Shown here in pieces: positions 39,756 to 54,419 of a stretch of 64,000 nt of DNA. The notes under the pieces were generated by a model. It was not told the origin of the DNA, made no database searches, and saw nothing but the letters and a program-made list of their open reading frames with translations. The translations under genes and the position numbers were made by a program. The DNA lies in the NCBI RefSeq assembly GCF_031769215.1, contig NW_026782798.1, positions 186,001 to 250,000 on the forward strand. The letters are read 5' to 3'. How positions within the stretch are numbered: the first letter of the stretch is position 1; every line of letters begins with the position of its first letter. The stretch is from Ylistrum balloti. Lineage: Eukaryota.

Positions 39756-42736
39756 TCTACCCTCACAGCCTCACAGCTGTGGTATTACAACAAAGCAGAC
39801 TAAGTGGTCAGAAAAATAAATAAAATGAAAATACATTGCTCAAATCTGATTGGAAATTGAATTCTTGTAGCCAAAAAATGACAAAATTGGAAAAATACTT
39901 AATATGGTTGAAAGTGAGATTTGTAAAAAGATTTGACTACTGAAATTTTGGCCCAAAAACATCAAGACTGGGGAGAGTCTCATATAGTAAGTATTGTCAA
40001 AGGTTTCTGAAAACAACAAAGATGCCTGACTGGACATTGACCTCTAAAGTCACGAAAAAAAATTCTGAGCATCATCTGTGTGTGACATCTGAGCATAAAT
40101 AACACCTTTATCATGATCTGGCTAGCTCAGACACCACATAGCTCACATTTCATATAATTTCATTTCATCAGATAAAGTGAAATGAAAACACAACATCCTA
40201 TTTCCTCTCTGGGGTGGTAGAGTTGTGTCCATGGTTGCGGTGCTGACCGGACAGACTTAAAACCTGTCTCTATCCCACTGCTAACAGATCTAATCTCACT
40301 ATCAAGTATTATCCAAAATTTTCATTTTTTTTCACCCCATAATTGAAATCATTTACAGAAAAATTGTTTCATGCTGTGAAACTTTTGGTGACATTATGAC
40401 AGCATTTGCCCATATGTTTAAAGGTAATGAAAGTGTCGGATATAAAAACTGATGTTTTACAGATTTTTGATAATTGGTTAAAAGTAGTTTGTACATATAA
40501 AAATAATTTCTAAAATCTAAACTTAAGAAACTGTAATTTACAATGCACCACGTTTATTTCAAAAACTGAAAACAAACTTGAATGTTGAATACATGTGCAT
40601 TGATAAAATCAAAATGTCCTCATTTTTTTGTTTAATAGCAAAATCATCGTCTTTCCAATTTAACCTGCAAATTCTTACATGTTTATACTCAGTATCATCA
40701 GTAACTATTTTTGACTTTTAAGATGTGCCTTTCTTGTACCCAATACAACTATATATAACAGACATTTATAGATTGAAAACAATTATTACAATCTCACACC
40801 GAAGCTTGGCCAAAAACTTACGCTGTAACAATAATAATCCTACATGCCATCTCACCTGGCAAGGTAAAAAAAACCCAGTTATCGTCAGCAACAGCTTACC
40901 TGGTATTCATCTCACCTGTCTAGTGGTAGTGTCACCTCCCCAACAAACAGACGCCCAATGAAACTCTTCCCATAGGCTTTCTAGCTTTTAACAGATGACC
41001 CGAAACTTGTGCATTCATAATGTCACATGAAACACATATTATCCTCAATTTATAGCTTGGCCTGGTTCATGAAACACTTGATTCTTGTCGAGTTCTTTGA
41101 AGATTTTTAATATGAATTGGTATGTAGGTAAACTTGTTATGTTTATATCTACCTTCAGAAGGTCAACAGCATTAATAAAATTCCCCAAGTAAATTAGGAT
41201 TGTATCAGATCATTTTTCACCTCTTAGTATCCAAACAGTTTCTTACAAATTTTATACCCATCTTTTTGCAGGCATTAAGCTTTATCATCAATTTCATTCT
41301 TTTCAAAACCTTTGTTCGTTTTACCCTGTCATTGCCTACCCCCTTCTATCCCCCTCCCCCTCTCCTCTCCCTCCCTTCTCTTAACTCCTGACTCTCTCAA
41401 CAGATTTGTGAATGCTATAACTTATACAGCCCCCTGATATTAAGTGTACCTAGTGTATAGACACAACTATTATTGTAGACTATAAACTCAATTTTATGCG
41501 TTTAGATATAAGGCAGACAATTTAATCCAACAAATCTTAAAGAAAACTGAAAATGACACTTAAACCAAGGGGGATGTTAGCTTTGATAATTCTAAGCAGG
41601 AAAAATGAAACAAAATTTTCTCATGTCATAGAATTGAATAAAATCTTTCAAAAAGGGTAAAAAGAAATTTACATAAAATACATAAAAGATTTAAATTGTG
41701 TTTAATGTTGAAATTCCATTTTTAAAATGAAGGAAACTTGAAAGCAACGACAGTTAAAGTTAGTTTAATGGTTTCAAGATACTTTTTACATATATAACTG
41801 AAGAAGGCAAGGCAGACACATAGGATAAGAATAAAAAGTATATTTTTAAGATATATTTTTGCACCAGAATGTTTCATATAGTACTTAGATCTATCAATAT
41901 AACAGAAAATTAGGACTCTATGAAAAAGTCACTAGGATGAACCATTTTCTGTTTATCTGTAACTTACTTTTAAGTTTTCTTAATTCTGACATTCCATTTC
42001 AATTGCTTAATTTTTTTTTTTTTTTGCTACAATTGAAATTCAGAATAAATTCAAACATGGCAATTAATCACTGACATGCTTGCAAAAACAAAACCCACAA
42101 ACCTTGACCGCATTCGCCGACGGCCTTCTGTCAAAGTTCACGCCATGTGGAAATGGCGAATTACATTACCCAGAATCCTTTGCCACGGACAGTGTGTAAA
42201 ACCCCACCCCTGGTTTTGATTATTAGTAGAGATTTAACTCTGATCGGGGACAGAGAACATTATATGAAAACAGCTGTGATTCTCCATTCCTTTGTCCAGC
42301 ATAAGCCAATATCAGCTACCTGCTTATAAATGGACACTTGCGGCCATCTTAGTCACTTATAATGGGCACTCCTTAGCATCTCATTGTTCAAGCTTTTGTT
42401 GTCCGAGGTCACTCTGAACAGGGAATGCATGTGATGCTTTGTACAAAAGAAAGCAAAATCCCGCATGAATTATTACAATAATCAGAAACATAAAAGGTTT
42501 CTATCTTCAACCGCTGTCTGCACGCTTTATTTTATCCTTGAAATTAATTCCGATCTCACATCCTTGTGACAAAATTCATCCATTTTTTGTTTGACCCTTT
42601 TCTCCTTTAAATCACAAGTATTAATGTGAAAAAGACATATTTAAACACATGCATTTGTCATTTTGCCTTTTAAGTTTGTCTGGCAAAAATAAATTAATCT
42701 GTTTCCATTTCTCCTTCATCTCTCCCTCCCTCCCTC

Positions 42737-42769
<33 letters not shown>

Positions 42770-42777
42770 ACATACAC
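42737..42777. repeat. (CA)n microsatellite
   Basis: About 20 CA units with TA interruptions. Confidence 0.95.
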
Positions 42778-45349
42778 TTCTATATCTTAAAAAACACATC
42801 AACTAATTAAAAATAAAAAACAAAAATATTTATTTATCTTAATTTTAGGAAAAGTACACTTTGTTGAACTTTAAAATCCTTGTGTTTCTAAGGTCTCAAT
42901 TTTTTTTATTTGTAAGAGACTTCAACCTTCTGTAGCTGTGATTTAACTAATCTATACACAGCCTCTTTGTCATTATTAATACCTGCCACAGGGTATGTGT
43001 CCTTCACAGCAGTAAAGAAAATCCTTGTGGCAACTGATGTTAAAGCAAAACAGATTAGGTGAACTAAAGCAAGACCATCCATATCTATTATAGAAGTTTG
43101 TAGGAATAAAATGTAGTACTTTTTCCTACGAGGCTTATATCCACACGTTTTTGTCCCTTCATCTTAATTTAGAAAAGTATAATCGCAGGTAAATTTTAGC
43201 TGCAATAATTAAAAATTTGACACTTTCAAAACATTTTGAAGTTTTTCAGAGACATTTTGATGAAGAAAGTAATTTAATTAACATGTGCAAAGACTTCCAT
43301 TTTTTCTTTTTGCATCTTTTGTAAATGGTAAAATTATGATATGGAGTTTAATATTGTCTATCAATTTATACTCTTATTGCCTTGAGGACAGGAAATCATG
43401 TGTTAAATAATGTGATAATTTGTAAGATAAAGTTATGACAATTGTACATAATCATGTTTATGAAGTGCAATGTAATTTGTCATATGACATATTAATGTTC
43501 AAATTAATTGAGATTCTGTCATTCCATCTATGATTTGAAATATGATTTTTTTCAGATCATTAAATTGCACAATTTGTAAAATCAGAAAGAGAAAATAGCC
43601 CTGAAATGAGTTTGTGAAATAGGAATAGACACAATCGCTCAATTTGATACAAATCAACGCCAGACGGGTCTTGATGCTAATGTTACTGGCCAATTATACT
43701 GAAAGAGATATCATGGCAATGTTTGTAGAAAGGGCAGAGTACCCAAGATAAATGTTTCTGTGTCTTAACATCAAATCTCCAGCCACGTGCCATTTTAGAT
43801 GACAATATTTTATGCCAAATTATTTGTGTTTGTACAGAGTCAAGCAACATACAGTTTACCATTCAAGACAATTTGTCATCTAAAATTAGTGTGTCACACA
43901 TCAACATTAATATTAAGGTCAAGCATCGAAAGGCAAGATGAAGTTAATCTGAAGATAATCATACCATGAAATGAAATTACCAATAGGATCTATTTAGACT
44001 TTCTAATCTATTTAACGTGTAATTCTATATCGTATCCATCTATTCAATAGCTTGTGATTCAGTAGGATTTGTGTTTCTTTTCTCCATCTATCTTTCTGTC
44101 AGTGTATGTTGACACACTGCAGGGTGCAAACAAGGCGGAACTCTGGATCTGCCACTTTCATGGGGGGAGAAATATCAGAAAGAAAAAGCAAAGGGCACAG
44201 GGAATATCCCTGACAAAGCCCCTTCATTGGTATCTCCATCTTGGTGACATCTGCTTGTTAAAAATGCTCCGTTTTTCCACCAATCATATTATCATAATTA
44301 GCTTAGACATTTTTATTCTAAATATTACACCATACAGCTAATGACCTAACTAGTGCAGCATAGATGCTGTGTTAACTTTCTTAAGAAGCCATCTCAGTAC
44401 AAATTATGGAAATAATACAGGAAAAAAATTAATCTGCGTCACAGCAGGAACTCTCGCAATACCGCAAATGTCAGCTCTATTAGATTTTCTAGCAAATCTA
44501 CAGCTTCTATTGTGATATCCTTCGGGCCAAAAAATGATAAATGCATTTCGGTCTTAGTTCAGTAATTGATGTCCCAGTGTCCAATTTGTTGGGTAGCATG
44601 TACTACTAATCCAACTTTTTTACCAATTACCATTTCTCTATCACTGTTTACGAGCCGTTTCATCGTAAACATTTAGCTACATATTTATCAACCTACACTT
44701 CATTAAACTCTCGCTTGGTAAATCGTAAATAAAGAGAATTTAATCCATATCTCAAATTAACAAACCCATTCATCACCAAAATGATTTTCTTTACAACATA
44801 AAACACCATCTAACTTTGTTTACATTAATTTTAATTAGAATATTTTAAAATTAAATTGCTGCTCATTAGAAGTACATTCAGCAGATTTTTTTATCAGAGC
44901 AGAAGAGAATTTTGAAACATGCCGTATAATTTTTTGTTTAACAATAGAAATAGCGATGAATACATTCAATTAAAACTACAGTGATGTCATCAGTAACATG
45001 CTTTTAAAAAAAAATAATTCAGGTCATGAAACATATCTCCATCAAGTACAATATATAAACAGCTGACTTGTTAAGATCGTTCAGAACGAGTATATTTCTT
45101 TTGACCAATCAATTCATTCACTCCTTATGAAGAGGAAATCTTAAGTAGTAGATGTCAGTGACCTAATAGTCTCTAAGTCCAAATTTTAATTTAGGTTCCC
45201 GATGTAAATTGAACATGAAACTTTAATTTCAAAATGTACTTTTATCAAGATTCTCCTCGGTAATATAAGAAATGATATATCCGGGAAAATCATTCAAAAG
45301 CAGTTCTCTCTTAACTCTAATAAGTTTTTAAAGAAAGGAAAATTAATGG

Positions 45350-45610
45350 ACTGTGAAGCTTGTCTAATCTGACGTCTTGTTCAATACAGGATATTGGCGA
45401 GTCAAGACAGGTTATCAGTATACTCATATCAAAAACATATTTCAGTAATTACAATTAGAAATGGACTAAACATGATTTATACAGGATGTTAGAATGATTT
45501 AAGGTCAGATTACACAGGGATATGCCCACACATACTAGAACCTGCTTAATCTGACATCCTGTTGGGTCTAGGAAAAGGTTTAGGTTTGCCATGACAGGGT
45601 ATCAGTATAG
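45350..45610. mobile_element. Two tandem MITE-like remnants of the same family as 14636
   Basis: gcttgtctaatctgacgtcttgtt...gacaggttatcagtata and acctgcttaatctgacatcctgtt...gacagggtatcagtata, about 185 bp apart. Confidence 0.45.
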
Positions 45611-47094
45611 AAAATTTAACATGTTTAACAGATGCAACCATAACATTATGATAGTTTATTTCATTCATTTTTCGATACTTGAAATTTGTCAGAAACCATG
45701 TACTAGAATTTACAATCCCTAAACCAACTCACAGATTCAAAGTAGAATTCCAGTGGAACACCTACCCCTTCCCCTCTCTCTCCTTCTACAAGAAATGTCT
45801 AGCTTGATAGCCATCATCTAGTATTCAGTTTGTATTACAGCCAAAATGATTTATTAAAGCCTTCATGTAGACAATCAAATCTACATACTATAATTATAAC
45901 TCTGTCAGATCCTGGTGGTGACCGAGAACACAGTCAGGAGATTTTTGTCATAAAGTGCAGCTAATTTGTAGAGACCCAGACCTTTACAGGTTTTTATAAA
46001 CATTCATTGCCGGAAAAAAAAATGTCACTTTTCGTAAAAGACTTGAACCGTGAATAGATACATACATAAACTTGTGTACACATATTCAAATAAATGTCTA
46101 CATTTTCTTTAATGTATGGTAATGTATGTAGGCAAAGCCTGGATAACGATCTTCCAAACTTATAGAGCTGACAAAGATCAAAATAAGACTAGGGCAGATT
46201 TTTATCTTTCAAATGACGCTTTCTTCACAGCAAAAAATTACAAATGAGAAACTCAAATTACACATTTTCTTTTTCAATTTCTTAAAATTAAATAATATGC
46301 TCTGATGAGCAGACGACACTTTGTATATAAATGTTAGTTGATAGTCTAAATAACGTAACAAATATTCATGAAAGGAATAAGTTACGAAAATAAACATGTC
46401 TTCATGTCTCCTCAAAGCAGAATACTCAAATGGCCCCATCTATGATTAAAATAAAACCAGCGATATAACGATAAATACAGCATGAAGACATTTTTTCTCC
46501 TACAATTTTGCTTTCATTGCATCATTTGTCATACAATTAAGAGATTGACCCCAGAGTGTCCTTGCCAACCGCGATATGAATCGGAGCAAAACATTGGCAT
46601 AAAAAGGTTACAAGACTTCCTGTAGTGATTTGTCACCCTATAGATATATCTCAGCGGACTCTCAATATACTTGCAAACTTTCAGTCAATAACACTTACGT
46701 TACCATGGAGATAACAATCTAGCAATGTTACAACATTGTGTCTGTCGTGGGGCCATTTTTATTTAATATACAATGTACATCGTATTTAACGATCAGTATA
46801 CGACTGTTTATATACAAGGTATCATGGGAATGATGTAAGTAAAACACTGTCGTACTTTCATTACTTAGATAAGTATCAAAAAAACGTCAATGTCTTTTCT
46901 CATCAAAGGCGGAGATAATTGATGTGATAATATCATGATTGGAACTCTCCTGTGTGTAATTGTTGTTGACAGAAAATTACATTTTTCTCATAAAAGGCTG
47001 CGATCATGACCATCATGACGGGAGAGGATGAATGATGATCAAAGAGGCCAAACCATTTGTGTATTGGCACTTCGATGTTATAATACTCATACAC

Positions 47095-47128
47095 ACTTAC
47101 CTTACGGAGAAAAATCTCGACAAAAAAT
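47095..47128 (-). other. Pyrimidine tract abutting AG|GTAAGT (strong donor; possible recursive splice site)
   Basis: Minus strand: ttttttgtcgagatttttctccgtaag|gtaagtgt. Confidence 0.25.
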
Positions 47129-49092
47129 CTGATTATCTCAATTGATGTATTTAGTTGACGGTAATATCTCTCAAGAATCCTATAACATCCACAGGTGTAA
47201 ACAGGTGTGTATTATATGTGCATGAAGTAATTATCAGTAATGTAATTTGTTTTGAGATGATATATACGATGTTGAAAAAAGACATAACTACTAAAACCTG
47301 TCTTATCTGACATGTAACATCAGCATATTCATCACATGAACCTGCCTATATTGAAAACAAGACAGAATATTAGAGAATACAGGTCTTCCTTGATAATTTC
47401 CTTCAGAAGAGTATAGCAGATTTTTCTTGGAATGGACAAGATGTCAGAATATTACACAGAATCTGAGAAATTATAAGGTTTTAAAGTGTAGATTACATCT
47501 GAACTAGAGCCCAGTTCATTAACGACCCAGCTTAAACTAAGCCCTGGAATTCCTAACATTTTCTAAACATTTTCCAGAATTCTACTGATATGTGATATCC
47601 TATACAAGCACAAGCTTTCATGCCAAATATGGAAATGTATTTGTAAGCCTTAACTTTATATCTGTGAACTGACTTGCATCATTAACGAGAAAATCATCCT
47701 CAAAATTTAAAAACCCAGTTCTTTATATTCAACAAAACTACATTAAACTGATAACAGACTACAACTAATGGTTAGAATCACCTATCCTGAGCAACACTTA
47801 ACAAAAAAAGCCGGTTTCCCAAAACTGACTCCTGTTTGTCGGACGTATCTGGTTTACACACAAACTGTGCAGAATTTTTCGACATATATTTCAAACTGTC
47901 CAGTTTTTCAGATTTTCAAGATAAATCACAAAAAATGATTCAAGACCAAGACTGAATTCTCAAGAGCATCAACTTTTGGAGGAGTATCAAGGATACAGCT
48001 GATGGGTTCAACAATTAATGACAGCAATGCTTGGAATGTCTGCAACATTGCTGCACATAAATCAATTGAATACTAATTACATAAAACAGGTTGTTTAACA
48101 TGGACAGAGTTTCAATTACTACACACATCAATGTTGCTTGTCTCTGTGGCCCGTCATCTGTCAATGTATCAAAGAAAAGACTTCCGCCTGTTACAGAAGA
48201 CCAAGGCCCATAACCTCCTGAGGAGAATTCAACTTTCAAAGTGAGCAATGAAGACAACATCCATGTCAGTTTATGTATGTCAGAGCTGTTGAAAGTGTAG
48301 GTGGTATTTTTGAAACAAGATACATTGTTGAGTGACATTTCGTGTGTCCATGACATGCATCATGTACATGAATTACCCCCATAAGTCTATATTTCGTCAA
48401 GATATTTAAATTCAAATGACAGATTGACATTAAAATATATCTGAAGACAATGCCTAATTAGCATACCTGGCTGAATCATGAAGTTATTATGAGATTGGGG
48501 CTATTCAAAATCTGCTACACTAAGATAGTAAATCATACCGTGAACTGACATATATTGTCGATAAACTTATTTTAGCACATGTCACGCTAGAAATATTGGG
48601 TAAAATATGGCTATTGCAGTTTCTAGATGTCCTTAATATGGAAATTATTTTGAATGCATCATTACGTTTATTTGTCCACAATTGCTATTGTGCTAAGATT
48701 AAAGTCATCACATGGTGTTGGTTTCTTATGGTCCTTAATGATCACATAATTAGTTTTTTCCAATCTCTGGGCAATTCGTTGTATATGCCATGAACTTCCA
48801 AAAACCTTTAGTTGTTCATTTAATTAACCTTCCCAGGACCATGTGCTGTTCTTGTCATTAACCTCCCCTAACACATAGGTTGGTCCTCAAGTATCCCTCT
48901 TCACACTTGTAGATCATACTGCCATACCAAAATTCAACTGATACCACTGTTAGTCAGTTTTTATTGTGATAGAGAGCAAGAACAAATAGGTTATGACCAC
49001 ATATAAGTAGGCAACAACCCATGTCCGGTAATTAGCCATCCACGTGTATTGCATTATCAGAATAAATGGCTGCCCACCACCCTACTATAAGG

Positions 49093-49925
49093 GAGAGTTT
49101 ATGTGTAGGTAGAGTCTATATGTTGGTAGAGTTTAAGTGTTGTTAGAGTCTATGTGTTGGTAGTGTCTATGTGTTGGTAGAGTCTATGTGTTGGTAGAGT
49201 CTATATGTTGGTAGTGTCTATATGTTGGTAGTCTATGTGTTGGTAGTGTCTATATGTTGGTAGTCTATGTGTTGGTAGTGTCTATATGTTGGTATATGTT
49301 GGTAGAGTTTATGTGTTGGTAGAGTCTATGTGTTGGTAGAGTCTATGTGTTGGTAGAGTCTATGTGTTGGTAGAGTTTATGTGTTGGTAGAGTTTGTGTG
49401 TAGGTAGAGTCTATATGTTGATAGAGTTTATGGTAGAGTCTATGGTAGAGTCTATGTGTTGGTAGAGTTTATGTGTTGGTAGAGTTTGCGTGTTGGTAGA
49501 GTCAATGTGTTGGTAGAGTTTATGTGTTGGTAGAGTCTATATGTTGGTAGAGTCTATGTGTTGGTAGAGTCTATATGTTGGTAGTGTCTATGTGTTGGTA
49601 GAGTCAATGTGTTGGTAGAGTTTATGTGTTGGTAGAGTCAATGTGTTGGTAGAGTCAATGTGTTGGTAGAGTTTATGTGTTGGTAGAGTCTATATGTTGG
49701 TAGAGTTTATATGTTGGTAGTGTCTATGTGTTGGTAGAGTCAATGTGTTGGTAGAGTTCATGTGTTGGTAGAGTCAATGTGTTGGTAGAGTTTATGTGTT
49801 GATAGAGTCTATATGTTGGTAGAGTTTATGTGTTGGTAGAGTCTATATGTTGGTAGTGTCTATGTGTTGGTAGAGTCAATGTGTTGGTAGAGTTTATGTG
49901 TTGGTAGAGTCTATAAGTTGGTATT
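49093..49925. repeat. 17-bp minisatellite (tatgtgttggtagagtc), roughly 48 copies
   Basis: Period of 17 read directly (49151, 49168 ...), with single-base variants. Confidence 0.95.
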
Positions 49926-52900
49926 CTCTAAGTATTAATCTGTAATTAAAGCAAGGCTAAAAGTCACTGAAAAAAGTAAATACTAATTAAGGTTTATTTC
50001 AAGTTCTTGTTTGATAGTGAAAAAATAATGAATGATCTTTAACAGAAAATCAGAGAAAGCCATGAAGCTAGAGTAATCAGAAATTTCCCAATCCTCCTAT
50101 GCGAATTCGTTCCCTGCAGGGAAGTGAATTTAGCTACTGTTTCTTATATATTGATTCAAATCTTTGATCAGTTTAAAAGCAAAATCATGATTTGTCATCA
50201 TATATGTTAGTGTATAACAAAGAGCTACAGGTGTAGAATGGTATCAACGAGATCAGGTATGGTAACGAGATACCTGTACTTTACCTGCTCAGGTATACCT
50301 GTAAACACCTATATAGGTGTTTGATCTTCCATAATATTGTAATTAGAACATAATTAACCGTACCATTTTACCTAAAATGTTGCCAAACTTCAATGACAGT
50401 AGCCAATTTAGACTCATCAGTCACTTGGAAAAACTGGCCAACGGTGTCTGTTTAATGTTTAACTAAGGATTTGAGCTCAGGGTTGGGATACGCATTCATT
50501 TACAGCTTGTTCGTTCAAGACTCATGAACAAAGTAAGAATCACACCATTAATCATTGGATTTGAAGTGAAATTCACATAAGCATGAAAGTGCAGTCATGT
50601 TTTTTTCATGAACGTTAAAGAAAATGCTCCCCTCTTCAAAGTCTACATTGAAGTGAATTTGCCTATGAACTTTATGCGTGTGCGTGGGTGGTCTTCGCGA
50701 AATCCATTGACAATCCGTAACTTTACTTTCAGTAGGTTTTTATTTTTTTTTTAAATTATGACGATGAAGTGTCACCTTGTTGTCAGTATCACATTACTAT
50801 GGCAACTTTCACCCAATTTGTTTGGCACTACGTTTATACTCACTAGTGTAAAATGGTGGTCGGATTAAAGAACACTATATACATTACAAGTAAATAGACA
50901 TCATTCTTATAAATCTGACAGCCAAGTGTCACTTGAATAAGATCAGTTTCCCATACATCTGTCACAAATTGAAATCAACACACTATTGTCATACCACCTC
51001 ACTCCCCATTCATTTTAATTCAGGTTTGAATTTTTTTTGTTAACTTCATCATTCAGAAAATCCAGCTCTTGTTTACAGTTTCATATACTAATTGTGGAAG
51101 TGATTCTTGATTATCACTGCATGTCAAAACGACTTTGTGACAGAAAGATGTCAACAGATAGTAAAAAACAGAAAATGACATTCCTTTAATTCTACAAGCG
51201 AGGGATCAAGTGCAGTTAAAGAACTTTAGTTTTTTTTCTCTAGTGCATTGAGGAGAAACATGTTCTAACCAGTTTCTTGGGAATTTTGAAATAAAACCAG
51301 AATTTAAGATGATTCTCGATACGTTGTATTTGGTGAAAAAATACATTTTCCATTAAATTCTAAAACTTTCATCATTCTTTGATATTTCAAAAAAAAAATT
51401 ATTGTCCCAAAACCAGCAATTCCTGAGTGACTTTGGGAAATCAAAACTCTTGAGAAACTTGCTACAAGTACAAGTCAACCATTCTGAAATATCATATTTA
51501 GCTTAACAATCCATTCAGGTAAAATACTTTGTACAATATTTTTAACATTAGAGAAATTTCTTGGTGAAAAAATCTTACATATGCATCGAAGCAAGGATTT
51601 GAAAATATCATTGTACAATTTTTTGTACATTTAAAGATAAACTGAAAAGTTTATTTTCATTTCAAAGTAATGATGATGTGCTAACAATGCTTTAGAAATC
51701 TACTGCTGAAGTACACTTCCAAGCAATCTTTCTCAATAGTTTATATAAGGGTATTGATTCCGTCAAATCGTTTCCTCAATGAAACAGCTCTTTTTTTCTT
51801 AACTTTTGCACCTGTATGATTTAAGTGTGTTGTTTTATTAACATAATGTGTTTACTTTAGAGTGCATTAACGCATGTGTGTTCAACAACCGAAACGCTGC
51901 ACCTACGACCTTCACATGACCTTCAACAATCGTAGCCTGTTTGAAGTATACCAACACGTAGTCTTTCAACTTTAAGAGAAAAAGAGAAAATTGCAACGTA
52001 ATTTGTTATGACAAACTGCAATTTACCGGTTAAGGGTATTTTTTAACAAAAATTAATGTTATCTTTAATGATCAATGTTTTCAGCATAATTACATTTTAA
52101 TTGAGAAACAAGCACGTACTTCCTGTCCAAGAGTTTACGTCACTAAAGAGTTGATACTAACCTCTAGCGAAGATATTAAGTTTCTGACACAGAGTACTCC
52201 CCCTCCCAAAACAATTGTCATTTTTACACAAGTATGTAACAAGATCCTCCCCAACCCCTGAGAGTCAACCAGTTTGAGGTGAGCTCCCACAAAGACAATT
52301 GTCCTGACCCCAAGTGGCCAAAGGGAACACTAGACAACCCCCACCCGTAATTCACACCTGTAAACAAGTAAGTTATTGTTTACTGGACATAACCCGACCC
52401 ATTCAATAACAATTGAACGTCACAGGTGTAACAATAGTCAAGTTAAGGGATGTAGAATTGAGCAATTTGAAAGCTGACAGATCAGTATCACGATGTTATT
52501 TTCTGACACGACAATCGTAATTGTACCGTTGGAATGCCGCTATGATACCAAGAACCAGGATACAAGCTTATATACATATATATACTGACATATGCCTCCC
52601 AGTGGACAAATACAATCTACCATAAAGTATACCCTTACAACTGACAGTTTTATCGGACAAAACATACGTCATACGTCGTGTTGGGACATCCTAACGAAAC
52701 ACACATAAACCACAATGAACTAACCCGTAATTAAATTATGCTGTGTGACCCAATGTTACACACGGAGTATGACAGACATTTTTGTTACAATTTTGTTCCA
52801 AATGTCAACGTCTTTTGATTTGCTGATCCCAAATGGGTTTGTACCTAAAGACGCCATTGTTGCCAAGTTGTTTTATAGGCTATAGACAACCAGTTGTCAA

Positions 52901-54419
52901 TTTCTGTCAATCATTTGTGTACAGCCGAGATCACCCATACATATGCATCAGTGAATTTTCTGACCAACTAGACACACTTCTAACTCATTTAATTGGTTTT
53001 GCAACTCATAAATAAAAATGTATTTTTCAATATTTACTGCTCTAAAGGCATCTTTGTACTCATCAGAATGGGCAATTCAGTGCCAAGATTTATCATACAA
53101 GTCGCAAACAGATCATAAGAGTTCTCTTTCATACATCAGTGCAACCTTTCTGAATGAGGAAAAAAATTATTGTATAAGAAAAGGATTAAACGTATTCATG
53201 GTTTTTAATTTTTGTGGACCTTGAGTCGTAACAACAGGAAATTTGTACATTATAACAATATTTATTAAAGTCAAAACTCTTGTAAAACCTTAACTTTTCC
53301 AAAGATAAGAACAAAAACAAAAGGAAAGCTAACACATTATACAATTTTAATCTTCACTACAAGAAAGTCCATCATTTCTTTTTAATTATTTTAATTAATT
53401 TTTTTAACATCAAATTGCTGTTTGAAGATGCTGATGCAATTATAACAATTTAACATTTAATATTTGAACACAAAATAAGGGTAATTATTATGTAAAAGTG
53501 GAAGTACTCTTTAAACATTCAAATCCTTGTAGAAGTGTTTCTGGGTACAAAATCTGGCATTTCTCAGAGAATAGGCAGTTCTATTGTACAAACTTCTGAG
53601 TAATTATATTTGGCATTAGTCATCACTATAATCTATATTAACAATTAATCAATCCCTTTAAATGTGTTTAAAAGTTGATAATTATCATAATATTTACTCT
53701 AATTGGTTTTTATGCAATTCAAAATTGGAACTCTCCTCAATAGAAGATCAATTTAGTGTGGGTAGCTGATGCCCTAATTTTCTGTCAAGTGCTTGTGAGA
53801 TAGTATTGGGTTGACATTGGGCTCCGACACATGGCTAAACAAAAACGTTAATGAAATTTGGACAATATCAACAATGAGAATCTCTATTTGACCGAAAAAT
53901 TTGTTGTGACTGACGAAGCACAGGGTGACACAATGTCATGTTCCATTGTACAGAACTACAGGACGCAAGGAAATACGATACGAAACACGACACTCAACAC
54001 AACAATGGATGGTTAGCTGAGACGATTGTATATCTGATGACAACGTTTACACTGAGTATAATTGATAGAGCAGTATATTTAACTATTGAGTCAAACTATT
54101 ACAATAACACTGTTTATTGATTTTGTATTAACAGTTTGTATTGTTTTAAGGAAATTTTATTTTCAGAACAGATGCACTTCTCATTACATCACACCACACT
54201 TGGTTTTTTTCAAACATAATGAACTAAGTTCCATATGGATTGCGAAATGTTCGATAAGAGTGAAAAGAACTTGCTTTGACTTAACAAGTTTTTATATAGA
54301 AAGCTACAGCCTGTGCTGAGACCTGTCTTAATGACCATCAATATACCTTGGGTATCCCTGAGTGTTATGAGAGACCCTCTATCTCTTAATAAATGTTTTT
54401 TTATAGATTTATTATGAGA

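Noticed and set aside
39352-39823. Lys/Gly/Glu-rich and Phe/Pro-rich repetitive ORFs
   Set aside because: Translations of the 51-bp polypyrimidine repeat.
48015-48356. 113-aa minus-strand ORF
   Set aside because: No recognisable domain and no convincing flanking splice sites; compatible with chance.
50297-52366. ACCTGTAAACA occurring twice (50297 and 52356) as a composite E-box/Forkhead site
   Set aside because: Some repeated 11-mers are expected by chance in 64 kb of AT-rich DNA.
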